Source of the DNA: a virus
Lineage: Duplodnaviria; Caudoviricetes
Virus record (IMG/VR): IMGVR_UViG_3300042516_003753
Span: 1-62,222 of that record
Strand: one strand, 5' to 3'
DNA: 62,222 nucleotides
The notes beneath the pieces are model-generated. The model did not search any database, had not been told where the DNA came from, and was given only the letters and a program-made list of their open reading frames with translations. This document shows, one piece after another, positions 1 to 9,114 of the stretch (its first letter is position 1; each line of letters starts with the position of its first letter). The position numbers were made by a program, and so were the translations under genes.

Positions 1-175
1 AGCTTGTAACAAACGTTGTGCCAGTAAGCCAGCCACCAAGGGCAAGATAAGCAGTGGGAAAAAGTAATAGTCCAGACCAACCCACAAATACAAAGCGATC
101 TCGTTTAAGCCAGTCATCCAGGACATCAAACCATCCTCGTTGTTGAATTGGTTGCGAAAGTGTAGAAGAAGTCAT
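1..175 (-). CDS. psbD: Photosystem II D2 protein (5' part only, runs off window)
   Basis: Manual translation [58 protein letters not shown] matches the D2 N-terminus. Confidence 0.97.
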   Translation of the reverse strand, partial: MTSSTLSQPIQQRGWFDVLDDWLKRDRFVFVGWSGLLLFPTAYLALGGWLTGTTFVTS

Positions 176-242
176 AACCTCCTATGTATTTCTCATATTT
201 ATCTTAACATTACTTAACAAAGGAGTCAATAAGCATTTGTGC

Positions 243-365
243 TTATCCCCAATAAATTACTGACAGAGTGAAGGCAACAAACACAACGATTGTGAAACCC
301 ATCATACCTACACCTACCCAGATGATCCAGGGTTCCATAGGATGATGTTGATTATTGTGAGACAT
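243..365 (-). CDS. Small membrane protein (40 aa)
   Basis: MSHNNQHHPMEPWIIWVGVGMMGFTIVVFVAFTLSVIYWG, one hydrophobic helix. Confidence 0.6.
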   Translation of the reverse strand: MSHNNQHHPMEPWIIWVGVGMMGFTIVVFVAFTLSVIYWG

Positions 366-371
366 AAAAAT

Positions 372-650
372 TCAGTTAATATATTGGTCCAATAATTTGG
401 TGATATTTTTTGTAATATCAACTCCACCAATATATTCTTCTACTTTTTCCCCATCTTCATTAACTACAATCAAGGTAGGAGTTGCATTAATTTTATATTG
501 TTTAGCGATAGAAAGATTTTCTTCATAACCATCATCAAGAAGAAGTTCTTTTACAGATTCTGTTCTTGAATCTGACATAGTATTAAAATACTTTTTGACA
601 AGAATGCAAGGTCCGCATTCTTTTTTAGAAAACAAAAGAAGATTAGACAT
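372..650 (-). CDS. Thioredoxin/glutaredoxin-like protein
   Basis: CGPC motif and TPTL cis-Pro motif. Confidence 0.85.
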   Translation of the reverse strand: MSNLLLFSKKECGPCILVKKYFNTMSDSRTESVKELLLDDGYEENLSIAKQYKINATPTLIVVNEDGEKVEEYIGGVDITKNITKLLDQYIN

Positions 651-678
651 AAAAAAAGAGGGTTGTTACACCCTCTAA
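651..678 (-). terminator. Intrinsic terminator after psbA
   Basis: AGAGGGT/ACCCTCT stem followed by a T-run on the minus strand. Confidence 0.7.
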
Positions 679-701
679 TTATATCAGCTATTCAGTTTTT
701 A

Positions 702-1781
702 TCAACCAATAGCAGGAGCGCGAAGAGCAACAGGAGTGTTAGTAGCAGCAGCAAGATCCAGAGGGAAATTGTGTGCATTACGCTCGTGCATTACCTCCAT
801 GCCCAGTCCAGCACGGTTGAGCACATCTGCCCAAGTGTTGATCACTTTACCTTGTCCATCAACGATGGACTGGTTGAAGTTGAAACCGTTGAGGTTGAAC
901 GCCATCGTAGATACGCCCAGGGCAGTAAACCAGATACCGACAACAGGCCAAGCAGCAAGGAAGAAGTGTAGCGAACGAGAGTTGTTGAACGAAGCATATT
1001 GGAAGATCAGGCGACCAAAGTAACCATGAGCAGCAACGATGTTATAAGTCTCTTCTTCTTGACCGAACTTGTAACCATAGTTCTGCGACTCTTGCTCGGT
1101 AGTTTCACGAACCAGCGAAGAAGTAACCAAAGAACCGTGCATAGCACTGAACAGAGAACCACCGAACACACCAGCAACGCCGAGCATGTGGAAGGGGTGC
1201 ATCAGGATGTTGTGCTCTGCCTGGAACACAAGCATGTAGTTAAAAGTACCAGAGATACCCAGGGGCATCGCGTCAGAGAAAGAACCTTGACCGAAAGGAT
1301 AGACCAGGAACACTGCGCTTGCGGCAGCAACAGGTGCAGAGTAAGCAACACAGATCCAAGGACGCATACCAAGGCGGTAAGAAAGTTCCCACTCACGTCC
1401 CATGTAGGCGTAGATGCCGATGAGGAAGTGGAACACTACCAGTTGGAAAGGTCCACCGTTGTAAAGCCACTCATCAAGAGAGGCAGCTTCCCAGATGGGG
1501 TAGAAGTGCAGTCCAATAGCATTGGACGAAGGGATAACAGCACCAGAGATGATGTTGTTTCCGTACATGAGAGAACCAGCAACAGGTTCACGGATGCCAT
1601 CAATGTCCACTGGGGGAGCACCGATGAATGCAATGATGAAGCAAGTTGTAGCAGCAAGCAGGCATGGGATCATCAGAACGCCGAACCAACCCACATAGAG
1701 GCGGTTATCGGTTGAAGTCACCCAGTTGCAAAACTGTTCCCAAGTATTCGATTGTCGTTGTTGTGAAATTGTAGCAGTCAT
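702..1781 (-). CDS. psbA: Photosystem II D1 protein (no intron)
   Basis: Full-length D1 sequence ([14 protein letters not shown] ... [13 protein letters not shown]). Confidence 0.99.
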   Translation of the reverse strand: MTATISQQRQSNTWEQFCNWVTSTDNRLYVGWFGVLMIPCLLAATTCFIIAFIGAPPVDIDGIREPVAGSLMYGNNIISGAVIPSSNAIGLHFYPIWEAASLDEWLYNGGPFQLVVFHFLIGIYAYMGREWELSYRLGMRPWICVAYSAPVAAASAVFLVYPFGQGSFSDAMPLGISGTFNYMLVFQAEHNILMHPFHMLGVAGVFGGSLFSAMHGSLVTSSLVRETTEQESQNYGYKFGQEEETYNIVAAHGYFGRLIFQYASFNNSRSLHFFLAAWPVVGIWFTALGVSTMAFNLNGFNFNQSIVDGQGKVINTWADVLNRAGLGMEVMHERNAHNFPLDLAAATNTPVALRAPAIG

Positions 1782-1799
1782 TTGTTTTAAAAGGGTAAG

Positions 1800-1900
1800 T
1801 AAAAGTTCGGGGGGACGAACGAGTTACAGTATGCTCCGCAACACCCTCCATTGCGGATATGAGAGATACTTTACTTCTCATGATCTCGGTTGGAGAAGAG
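1800..1900 (-). ncRNA. PhotoRC-II-like cis-regulatory RNA in psbA leader
   Basis: Three hairpins (CTTCTC/GAGAAG, TCCGCAA/TTGCGGA with GAGGGTG loop, GTTCG/CGAAC) directly upstream of psbA; family name from recall. Confidence 0.65.
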
Positions 1901-1947
1901 CAAATGTTAAGAGAACTTTGCATTCCGTAACATTTGTTTACCTATTT

Positions 1948-1976
1948 ATGATAGCACGCCCCCACTGCCCTGTCAA
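1948..1976 (-). promoter_or_regulatory. Sigma70-like psbA promoter
   Basis: TTGACA-17 nt-TATCAT, overlapping a late-promoter-like CATAAATA. Confidence 0.7.
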
Positions 1977-2137
1977 GCCCTGTACTCATCCAATTTGTCC
2001 AGGACCTTGTTGAGGTAATGATGCGCTAACCATTTTGGATCATATCCAGATTTATTCATCCACTCTTTATCCAAATCATTTTTTATTTTGAGGACCTCAC
2101 ACTTTATAATGTCCTTTGTCAAATATCCTCTAGGCAT
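1973..2137 (-). CDS. Hypothetical protein (54 aa)
   Basis: MPRGYLTKDIIKCEVLKIKNDLDKEW...YLNKVLDKLDEYRA fills the intergenic gap. Confidence 0.65.
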   Translation of the reverse strand: MPRGYLTKDIIKCEVLKIKNDLDKEWMNKSGYDPKWLAHHYLNKVLDKLDEYRA

Positions 2138-2195
2138 ATACAAAAAAACTCTGCCTCTTATTTAGAGACAGAGTTGAATATTATTTCTTATTGTT

Positions 2196-2723
2196 TCAAA
2201 CTAGTTCTAATTCCAACACAGAAGAACGAATATAATTCAAAATATTCTCTGGAGTAGTCTCTTCATAAGGGTCGGTGTCGGCATTGTCCCGTTGCCCACC
2301 CTCAACGAATAGTTTTTGGATGATTCCGTTATCCACAACTGCAGCATAACGCCAAGAGCGACTACCGAAACCAAGGTTAGACTTATTGACGAGCATACCC
2401 ATAGAACGTGTGAAATATGCATTGCCATCTGGAATGAGTTTTACTTTCTCAATGTTCTGGTCTTGTGCCCAGGCATTCATTACAAACCCATCATTAACAG
2501 AGATGCAGTAAATATCGTCGATGCCCAAACTACGAAAGTCGTCATATTTCTCTTCGAATCCAGGTAACTGATAGGCACTGCAAGTAGGAGTGAAAGCACC
2601 AGGCAGACTAAAAATGACCACGCGCTTTCCATTGAAAAGTTCTGCAGATGTACGTGTTACAAACTCACCATTCTCACGGAATACAAATTCAACTTGAGGA
2701 ATTTGATATTGTTCTTTACGCAT
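2196..2723 (-). CDS. Peroxiredoxin (Prx5/type II)
   Basis: LPGAFTPTCS active-site motif, SVNDGFVMNAW, RSWRYA. Confidence 0.95.
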   Translation of the reverse strand: MRKEQYQIPQVEFVFRENGEFVTRTSAELFNGKRVVIFSLPGAFTPTCSAYQLPGFEEKYDDFRSLGIDDIYCISVNDGFVMNAWAQDQNIEKVKLIPDGNAYFTRSMGMLVNKSNLGFGSRSWRYAAVVDNGIIQKLFVEGGQRDNADTDPYEETTPENILNYIRSSVLELELV

Positions 2724-2734
2724 TTTAACCTCTA

Positions 2735-2854
2735 TCACAGAATACCAGGAATAATTTGTCCAGTTACAAGATAAGATCCAGCAGCAGCAACGAAACCAAT
2801 CATCGCCGCCCAACCGTTAATACGTTCTGCTTTTTCAGTAAAAATTTTGTTCAT
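2735..2854 (-). CDS. hli: High-light inducible protein
   Basis: MNKIFTEKAERINGWAAMIGFVAAAGSYLVTGQIIPGIL (ExxNGxxAMIG, TGQIIPG). Confidence 0.93.
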   Translation of the reverse strand: MNKIFTEKAERINGWAAMIGFVAAAGSYLVTGQIIPGIL

Positions 2855-3051
2855 TTGTTTTCTCCTTGATATGGATGTTTTTGTTTAAGTTCAGGATCTG
2901 GATTAGATACCAATTTTTCTTTTACAGGTTTAATAACAATAAACTTGTCGCTTTTTAAGGTGCCAGCAATCTTAACTTCTAGTTCTACATTTCGGTCCCA
3001 GGCACCAGTTTCAACAAGTTCTTGTAGGGCAAGATTAAATTGCCCAAGCAT
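2851..3051 (-). CDS. Hypothetical protein
   Basis: ORF MLGQFNLALQELVETGAW..., translationally coupled to hli. Confidence 0.6.
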   Translation of the reverse strand: MLGQFNLALQELVETGAWDRNVELEVKIAGTLKSDKFIVIKPVKEKLVSNPDPELKQKHPYQGENK

Positions 3052-3059
3052 TTTAGCAC

Positions 3060-3350
3060 TCACAGATTTTCTTCCTGTTGAGTGAGAATTACACAATCGC
3101 TGGTGGGATATGCCACGCAAGTGAGAACCCAACCTTCGGCAATTTGATCATCATCAAGGAACGATTGCTCCTCGTTATCTACGGTGCCGCTAATCAGTTT
3201 ACCAGCACAAGCAGAGCAAGCACCAGCACGGCAGGACGAAGGAAGATCCACGCCTGCTTCTTCTGCTGCTTCAAGAATGTATTGATCGGGAGCACATTGA
3301 ATAGTAGTTTCGGTGCCGTCAGGAGATTGAAGTGTAACGTTGAATGTCAT
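3060..3350 (-). CDS. petF: Plant-type 2Fe-2S ferredoxin
   Basis: [13 protein letters not shown] and [11 protein letters not shown] motifs. Confidence 0.97.
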   Translation of the reverse strand: MTFNVTLQSPDGTETTIQCAPDQYILEAAEEAGVDLPSSCRAGACSACAGKLISGTVDNEEQSFLDDDQIAEGWVLTCVAYPTSDCVILTQQEENL

Positions 3351-3361
3351 TGTTTTAAGAC

Positions 3362-3448
3362 TCAATAAGTTTCAGAGAGTTGATCAACAGCATAACCCAA
3401 AATCACGAAAAATGCAACTGTCGTGATTGTCCAGAGTGCCTCAGTCAT
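3362..3448 (-). CDS. Small membrane peptide (28 aa)
   Basis: [28 protein letters not shown], start overlaps the hli stop. Confidence 0.55.
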   Translation of the reverse strand: MTEALWTITTVAFFVILGYAVDQLSETY

Positions 3449-3642
3449 CAGAAGATGCCGAAGAAGAAGTTACCAGTGCTAACATAAGAAATGATGCCAG
3501 CAACAAAACCGACCATTGCCCAGCGCCCATTGGTACGCTCCCTGATTTGATTAGGTGTCAACATCCCATAATTTTCGTAATACATTGTAGGTTCTTTGGC
3601 AAACATATTTTGTTGCCCATATTCATTAGTAGTTACAGTCAT
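3448..3642 (-). CDS. hli: High-light inducible protein
   Basis: NMFAKEP and ERTNGRWAMVGF motifs. Confidence 0.93.
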   Translation of the reverse strand: MTVTTNEYGQQNMFAKEPTMYYENYGMLTPNQIRERTNGRWAMVGFVAGIISYVSTGNFFFGIF

Positions 3643-3669
3643 TGTAGATTTGTAAAGAACTGTTACAGA

Positions 3670-3710
3670 AGTATATAGCAAAAAGAAAGGGGCGTCAAGC
3701 CCCTTTGTTT
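3670..3710 (-). terminator. Terminator hairpin overlapping the hli promoter
   Basis: AAAGGGGC/GCCCCTTT stem; TTGACG in the loop, 17 nt spacer, TATACT. Confidence 0.7.
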
Positions 3711-3742
3711 TGATATTCTGATAATGTAAGTATAAATGCTTA

Positions 3743-4534
3743 CTATTTACCTTCCCAACCAGGTGGAAGGGTTCCAAAGAAAGGATCATAGTCAAATATA
3801 GAATTCCAATCATCTATTTCAGACGATTGGTTTTTCCAAAATTGCCACAATCCTTCATAACTGCTGCGATGAAAAACATCAACATGATCATGATGTATTG
3901 AAGAACCCAGTTCAATCTTATAAAGAAATAATGGTATAGCGTAAGTATTTCCCGAGTTATAAATTAAATCATCAGCAACTGCTCTTGGTTTAACACCAGT
4001 ATCTAATTTGTATTTTCCATCTCTTACATGCAAGTCAATTAATTTTTGAGCATGTCTCCTAGTTATTAAATAACAAGCAGTGGAAAAATCATTTACAAAT
4101 CTGCGATGAATTTTTAAATGAACTTGAGCAGGATTAATAATTGCCAATTGAATTACATCATAAGCGTAAGGAACTTTAGAAAAGAAATCTTTCCAAGTAA
4201 AAGACCAGTGCTTAACAGTATCCAAATCACAATCATCTTCCATAATTAAAGCACAAGGAGAATCAGAATTTTCCAAAAAATGTTTAAGTGCTTTTAAATG
4301 AGAAGTAACACATCCAACTTCACCCGAAGACATATTATCAGGGTATTTTCCTTTAATAATATGCCCTAAATCATCTTCCCTCCCATCATAGGCAGAAATC
4401 CTCGTATAATTTTCAATCTCCCAATATTTAAATTGGTCTTCCATATATTGAGATCTTTCTGGTTGATTATCAAGATTCAAATAATAAATTGGAGGAATAC
4501 CTTTGAGCTTATAAATTGATTTATTTTTATCCAT
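3743..4534 (-). CDS. Glycosyltransferase family 25
   Basis: YYLNLD..R, GEVGCVTSH and IMEDD motifs. Confidence 0.85.
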   Translation of the reverse strand: MDKNKSIYKLKGIPPIYYLNLDNQPERSQYMEDQFKYWEIENYTRISAYDGREDDLGHIIKGKYPDNMSSGEVGCVTSHLKALKHFLENSDSPCALIMEDDCDLDTVKHWSFTWKDFFSKVPYAYDVIQLAIINPAQVHLKIHRRFVNDFSTACYLITRRHAQKLIDLHVRDGKYKLDTGVKPRAVADDLIYNSGNTYAIPLFLYKIELGSSIHHDHVDVFHRSSYEGLWQFWKNQSSEIDDWNSIFDYDPFFGTLPPGWEGK

Positions 4535-5361
4535 TATTCTATAAAATCTTTAACAATCTTATTAAAAATATCCGCTTTAATTTTAAGAGGATCTTCTTTA
4601 GTTTTCCAATTCTTTTTAGTATGCCAATTAGTTCCAGCCCTATAATGCAAAAACTTTCCTTCCAAGTGAAGTTCAAATTGAAATCCATCTTTTGGTTGAG
4701 ACCACATATCAGGATTTAATAAAACAGGAATTTCAATGCCTTTATATTCTGTTGGATACTCTGGACAATCATCCGCAGTAGTTCCACCTTCATTAATGTT
4801 TTTAAACTTTATATTATTTCTTTTAAAATAATAATGTAAAGAACCACCAGTATCTGTAGTTTCACCATCAACAACACCATGAGAAAAATCTAAATTTGGA
4901 TCAATACTCATGATTTTTTCCATATCAAAAAACATTATTCCGTTCCAAATATATCTGACTTGTCCTCTAACTTGAAGATGACCTGCCACTATTTCTCCTT
5001 GCATGTATTCTTTTATTGAAAAATCTTCCAATAAAAACATGTCAGAATCTGTAAAAAATACTACTTCATTCGCGTGCTTCTTTTTAATAATTTCATCAAA
5101 AGTCCATTGAATTGTCTCATCTACATGGTCGGAACCCGAAATTGGAGCATCAAACTTTCTCTTTTCATCAACAGGTTTTTTATAATAAACAATATTATAT
5201 TTCTCTGCAATTTCTTTAAACTCTTTAGAAATATTATCATCAAGCGAATCATCAATTACATTAAATTGATACTCATCTTTTAAAAATTTTTTAAAAGATT
5301 TTGCTTGAATTTCCAAAAAATCTGGTCTATTTACAACAGATGTAAAAATTTGAACTGTCAT
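4534..5361 (-). CDS. Putative GT-A glycosyltransferase
   Basis: VIDDS and FTDSDMF (DxD) motifs; lies in the glyco island. Confidence 0.55.
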   Translation of the reverse strand: MTVQIFTSVVNRPDFLEIQAKSFKKFLKDEYQFNVIDDSLDDNISKEFKEIAEKYNIVYYKKPVDEKRKFDAPISGSDHVDETIQWTFDEIIKKKHANEVVFFTDSDMFLLEDFSIKEYMQGEIVAGHLQVRGQVRYIWNGIMFFDMEKIMSIDPNLDFSHGVVDGETTDTGGSLHYYFKRNNIKFKNINEGGTTADDCPEYPTEYKGIEIPVLLNPDMWSQPKDGFQFELHLEGKFLHYRAGTNWHTKKNWKTKEDPLKIKADIFNKIVKDFIE

Positions 5362-6257
5362 TTTAGTTGTTCTCCGATCCATTCTTCAAGTTTTACTTTT
5401 GGTTCCCATCCAAAAGTTTTTTTAAATTTTTGATTGTTTGCAAGACTTATCCTTGCTTCCCCAGGTCTAGGGGAAATGTTAATTTTTTCATGATCAAATA
5501 ATCTAGATATTTGATTAATAGAATAATTTGTTCCTGTTCCAATATTATAAACTTGTCCGAAAGAATCGGAATCAACATCTTTAGTTGCTGCGAGGATGTT
5601 TGCATTTACAACATCACCAACATAAGTAAAGTCCCTTCGTTGGTTTCCATCACCAACAATGGTTAGAGGTTCTCCTGCTGCTCTCTGGCGAAGGAAAATA
5701 CCAATCACAGGAGCATACTGTCCACGCAGAGGTTGGCGTTCTCCATAGACATTAAAGTAACGGAAACAAACAGTTTGAAGACCATATAAATTGGTGTACA
5801 TCTTACATAATTTTTCACCATTTACCTTTGAAACGGAATAAGGATTCAAACAATCATCAGGTTGAGTTTCCACATTCGGCGTTTGATTCATTCCATACCC
5901 CGAAGACGTGGAAGAATACATTACACGTTTAACACCTGCTTCACGGGCACATTGAAGAACAGTTACAGTACCAACAGAATTGATACTAACTGCTTCAATC
6001 GGATTTTGAATAGCAGGTTGAATACGTGCCTCTGCAGCAATGTGAAACACATAATCAACGCCATCATAGAGTGGACGTGTATTTTGATAATCACGAATAT
6101 CGTACTTATAGTTTTGCGCATTATCATTCCAGTAAAAATGATCATGAGCATCAGAATACTCATTATCAATCACAACAACTTCGTGACCAAGTTCAAGCAA
6201 ACGATCTACAAGATTTGATCCAATAAATCCAGCACCACCAGTAACTAAACTTTTCAT
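5358..6257 (-). CDS. NAD-dependent nucleotide-sugar epimerase/dehydratase
   Basis: VTGGAGFIG, YSVSK, RYFNVYG and RDFTYV motifs. Confidence 0.93.
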   Translation of the reverse strand: MKSLVTGGAGFIGSNLVDRLLELGHEVVVIDNEYSDAHDHFYWNDNAQNYKYDIRDYQNTRPLYDGVDYVFHIAAEARIQPAIQNPIEAVSINSVGTVTVLQCAREAGVKRVMYSSTSSGYGMNQTPNVETQPDDCLNPYSVSKVNGEKLCKMYTNLYGLQTVCFRYFNVYGERQPLRGQYAPVIGIFLRQRAAGEPLTIVGDGNQRRDFTYVGDVVNANILAATKDVDSDSFGQVYNIGTGTNYSINQISRLFDHEKINISPRPGEARISLANNQKFKKTFGWEPKVKLEEWIGEQLK

Positions 6258-6258
6258 T

Positions 6259-6975
6259 TTATCTCCAAGATTTAACAATTTTTCTTTTTAACTCAGTAGT
6301 TGAATAATCATGTTCTCTATTAATAAAAATAATTTTTATAGGATTATCTTTTCCAGTATAGGATCCATTTTGATAATCATCACCTAAAAAACGAATATCA
6401 TAATTGTTAAGATAGGATAAAAACGTATCTTCTACTTGATAAACTACGATATCGTCAATGTATTTAATAGATTCCAAAATTTCTTTTCTGTCACTCAATG
6501 ATTGAACTGGAGAAAGTTTATTTGATCGTTCTATAGATGGATCTTCATGAAGAGCAACAGTAAGATGATTACAATATTCCCTACACTCCCTAAACATTCT
6601 AATATATCCAGGATGAATAAGATCAAATGCCCCAGCAATAATACCTTTTACTTTTGGTTGACTCGCTGCCCATTCTACTGCATTAACTGCTTTGTCATCA
6701 ATAAAAATGTCTGCAGTTGGTTTGCAAAACATGGGAAACAGTTCATGATACTTATATCCCCATTCCGCTAATTGGTTTTTAGTTAATTCGGTATGATCTA
6801 TTCCAGATCCTTTTCCTCGTGCAGTTTGGAAAATGATATAATTTCCTTCATTGTACAAACGATTTACTTGCTCAACCATGAAAGGATACGGTTTAGCATT
6901 TAAGTAATCAGGTTTACCTTTTTGATTATTTGGCGTATAACAAAGAGTTCCATCAATGTCAAAACAATATCTCAT
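6259..6975 (-). CDS. HAD phosphatase fused to a cytidylyltransferase-like nucleotidyltransferase
   Basis: N-terminal FDIDGT, TAR, KP, IDDK; C-terminal GAFDLIHPGY, GDDY, YSTT. Confidence 0.85.
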   Translation of the reverse strand: MRYCFDIDGTLCYTPNNQKGKPDYLNAKPYPFMVEQVNRLYNEGNYIIFQTARGKGSGIDHTELTKNQLAEWGYKYHELFPMFCKPTADIFIDDKAVNAVEWAASQPKVKGIIAGAFDLIHPGYIRMFRECREYCNHLTVALHEDPSIERSNKLSPVQSLSDRKEILESIKYIDDIVVYQVEDTFLSYLNNYDIRFLGDDYQNGSYTGKDNPIKIIFINREHDYSTTELKRKIVKSWR

Positions 6976-7475
6976 ACAACTCCATGAAGAAAAATTTGAT
7001 GTACACATTCAACTACACCATAATCATTACTACTTATGTAGTAATTCCATAAAGCATTAGTTGCTAGTAAACGAATACTATTATCAGAGTTAAATCCAGT
7101 TAATACTCCATAATCAACTTTATTATCTTCACACCACTTCAAACAGTTTAACATATTTTTTGATTCTCCACCAGAGCTCATAATTACTACAAGAGTATTA
7201 TCTTCAACATAATATTCTAAAAATTTTTGGTAAGCATTTTCATAACCAAAATCATTCGTCAACATTGTTAGCATAGAAGGATCGGAAAGAATAGAAACTT
7301 TCTTTTTATGAAACTTCATATAATCTTGAGAAATGTGAGAAGCTACAGAATTACTTCCTCCATTACCAAGAATAATAATTCTTTCATGGGTATTAAATGC
7401 TTCTTTAAATTTTCTAAACTCATCACTAATATGAGCAGATTTAAGAGTTTTAATATATTCTTCAAATGGATTCAT
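6972..7475 (-). CDS. gmhA: SIS-domain phosphoheptose isomerase-like protein
   Basis: GNGGS, NDFGYE, SSGGES and VECVH motifs. Confidence 0.8.
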   Translation of the reverse strand: MNPFEEYIKTLKSAHISDEFRKFKEAFNTHERIIILGNGGSNSVASHISQDYMKFHKKKVSILSDPSMLTMLTNDFGYENAYQKFLEYYVEDNTLVVIMSSGGESKNMLNCLKWCEDNKVDYGVLTGFNSDNSIRLLATNALWNYYISSNDYGVVECVHQIFLHGVV

Positions 7476-8419
7476 ATTTTACGTCCAGAAACACCTTCGG
7501 ATGATACATTTATTTTAACAGCATGATGAGGTATATTTAAATTATTTTTTTCAGAAAATACTAAGAAAAATCCCCCATTTCCAGCACCACAGAGTTTATG
7601 AGATAAAACAGTATTATTTTCATATAATTCTTTATCTATATTTTTGATTACTTCATTTTCAACAATTATAGAACTTGTCTTTTTTTTCTCTTCCCACGAT
7701 TTATTCAATAATTCAAATATTTTAAAATGATCATTATTGACAATAGCATCGTATGCTTCGTCAACAATTGGAAGTAAATTTTTTACTTTTTCTAAGTTAT
7801 CATTCACATCCTTCAAAACATTTTTAGAATTTCTAGTAACACCAGTAAATACCAAGTGCATGTCAAAGGGATCAAAAAATGATGATGGAAGATAATCATA
7901 TGTTACTCTATCATTTGGATAGAATTCAATTCGTTTAAATCCTCCTACTCCACACCCAAAAGGATCTTGATAACCACAATAAGGATTAAATTTTCTTTCC
8001 AACTTATATGCAAGAGAGCAGATTTCAACATCTGATAAAGATTTATCCAAGAACATGCATACAGATTTTATCAAACTAATAATATATGAAGATGATGAAG
8101 CCAATCCACTTCCTTGCGAATAAGCATCTCCGAATAAATTAATTTGAACCGGACCAATATTAAAATGCTCCAGAACAACTCTTATAACTTCGTTTTTAAT
8201 ATCAGAAACTTTACAAACATCCTCTCTATTTGAATAGTTTAATCGGTACTTATGATCTAAATTATTAACTCCAAAAATATCTCTACCTAAAGTAACATAA
8301 GTTTTCAAATTTGAAGCAAAACTAATAACAGATCCATATCCATATTTTTCAACAAAATATGGACTATCAGTTGATCCACCAAACAAAGAAATCCTAAGAG
8401 GGCAATATGAAATATACAT
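7472..8419 (-). CDS. hddA: GHMP kinase, heptose-7-phosphate kinase-like
   Basis: PLRISLFGGSTD, GSGLASSS, GYQD and KLCGAGNGGF motifs. Confidence 0.85.
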   Translation of the reverse strand: MYISYCPLRISLFGGSTDSPYFVEKYGYGSVISFASNLKTYVTLGRDIFGVNNLDHKYRLNYSNREDVCKVSDIKNEVIRVVLEHFNIGPVQINLFGDAYSQGSGLASSSSYIISLIKSVCMFLDKSLSDVEICSLAYKLERKFNPYCGYQDPFGCGVGGFKRIEFYPNDRVTYDYLPSSFFDPFDMHLVFTGVTRNSKNVLKDVNDNLEKVKNLLPIVDEAYDAIVNNDHFKIFELLNKSWEEKKKTSSIIVENEVIKNIDKELYENNTVLSHKLCGAGNGGFFLVFSEKNNLNIPHHAVKINVSSEGVSGRKI

Positions 8420-9087
8420 TAATAAATTTTTTCTGGCAAAAATAACTGAGGTATATATGAAAAACATTCCATTGTTCTTTGTGATGAAAGTTTTTCATAA
8501 GTTACTTTTTGATTTCCATCAGAACTAGTTTGGTAAAAATATGGATCATCTATAGCATAAACATTAAAAAACCTTTGAAGTTCTGCATATTGAATATCAA
8601 AAAAACTTTCAATAATATATCCAGCATGATAGGATGCACGTCTACATATTTCTACCCAGTCTGGAGTCAAATATACTATAGCATGTCCTCCAAGCATGTT
8701 ATAAACTCTAACGATTTTTTCATCAATATGCTTCCATTGCACAAACGGACCAGAGTGCCCATTCATTCTACCCCATCCAGATATTCCCAAATACAAGGCA
8801 TCAGCATCATCAGGAATTTCTATAATCGGATCCCAATTTTTAACATCAATATCATCTTCAACTATGACAAAAGGACCACTAGTAATATTATGTAAAAAAT
8901 CACTCACTGTTCTGGCACATCCAGCAAATCCATTTGAGTGTAAAGTTGCATCTAATCTATGAAATTCTTTAATACCTAAAGATTTAAATAAACTCTCAAC
9001 ATTTTTTTTCCTTTGTTCATCTCGTTTGAGATTAATATAATAAAAAGGTATTTCTCTAAGATCTAATTTCATTACCATCGTATCCAT
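8419..9087 (-). CDS. GT25-like glycosyltransferase
   Basis: YYINLKRD, GCA and VEDD motifs. Confidence 0.65.
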   Translation of the reverse strand: MDTMVMKLDLREIPFYYINLKRDEQRKKNVESLFKSLGIKEFHRLDATLHSNGFAGCARTVSDFLHNITSGPFVIVEDDIDVKNWDPIIEIPDDADALYLGISGWGRMNGHSGPFVQWKHIDEKIVRVYNMLGGHAIVYLTPDWVEICRRASYHAGYIIESFFDIQYAELQRFFNVYAIDDPYFYQTSSDGNQKVTYEKLSSQRTMECFSYIPQLFLPEKIY

Positions 9088-9114
9088 TTACATTTAATTA
9101 TAGCATATTAAAAA

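Noticed and set aside
663-1715. Long plus-strand ORFs antisense to psbA (similar ones over gnd, porin, nrdA, gp43)
   Set aside because: Shadow ORFs caused by the codon bias of well-conserved genes; no motifs.
702-1781. Group I intron in psbA, or introns/inteins in nrdA, nrdB and gp43
   Set aside because: All are continuous ORFs of normal length.
1927-1941. NtcA site upstream of psbA
   Set aside because: The GTA...TAC spacing is 9 nt, not the required 8.
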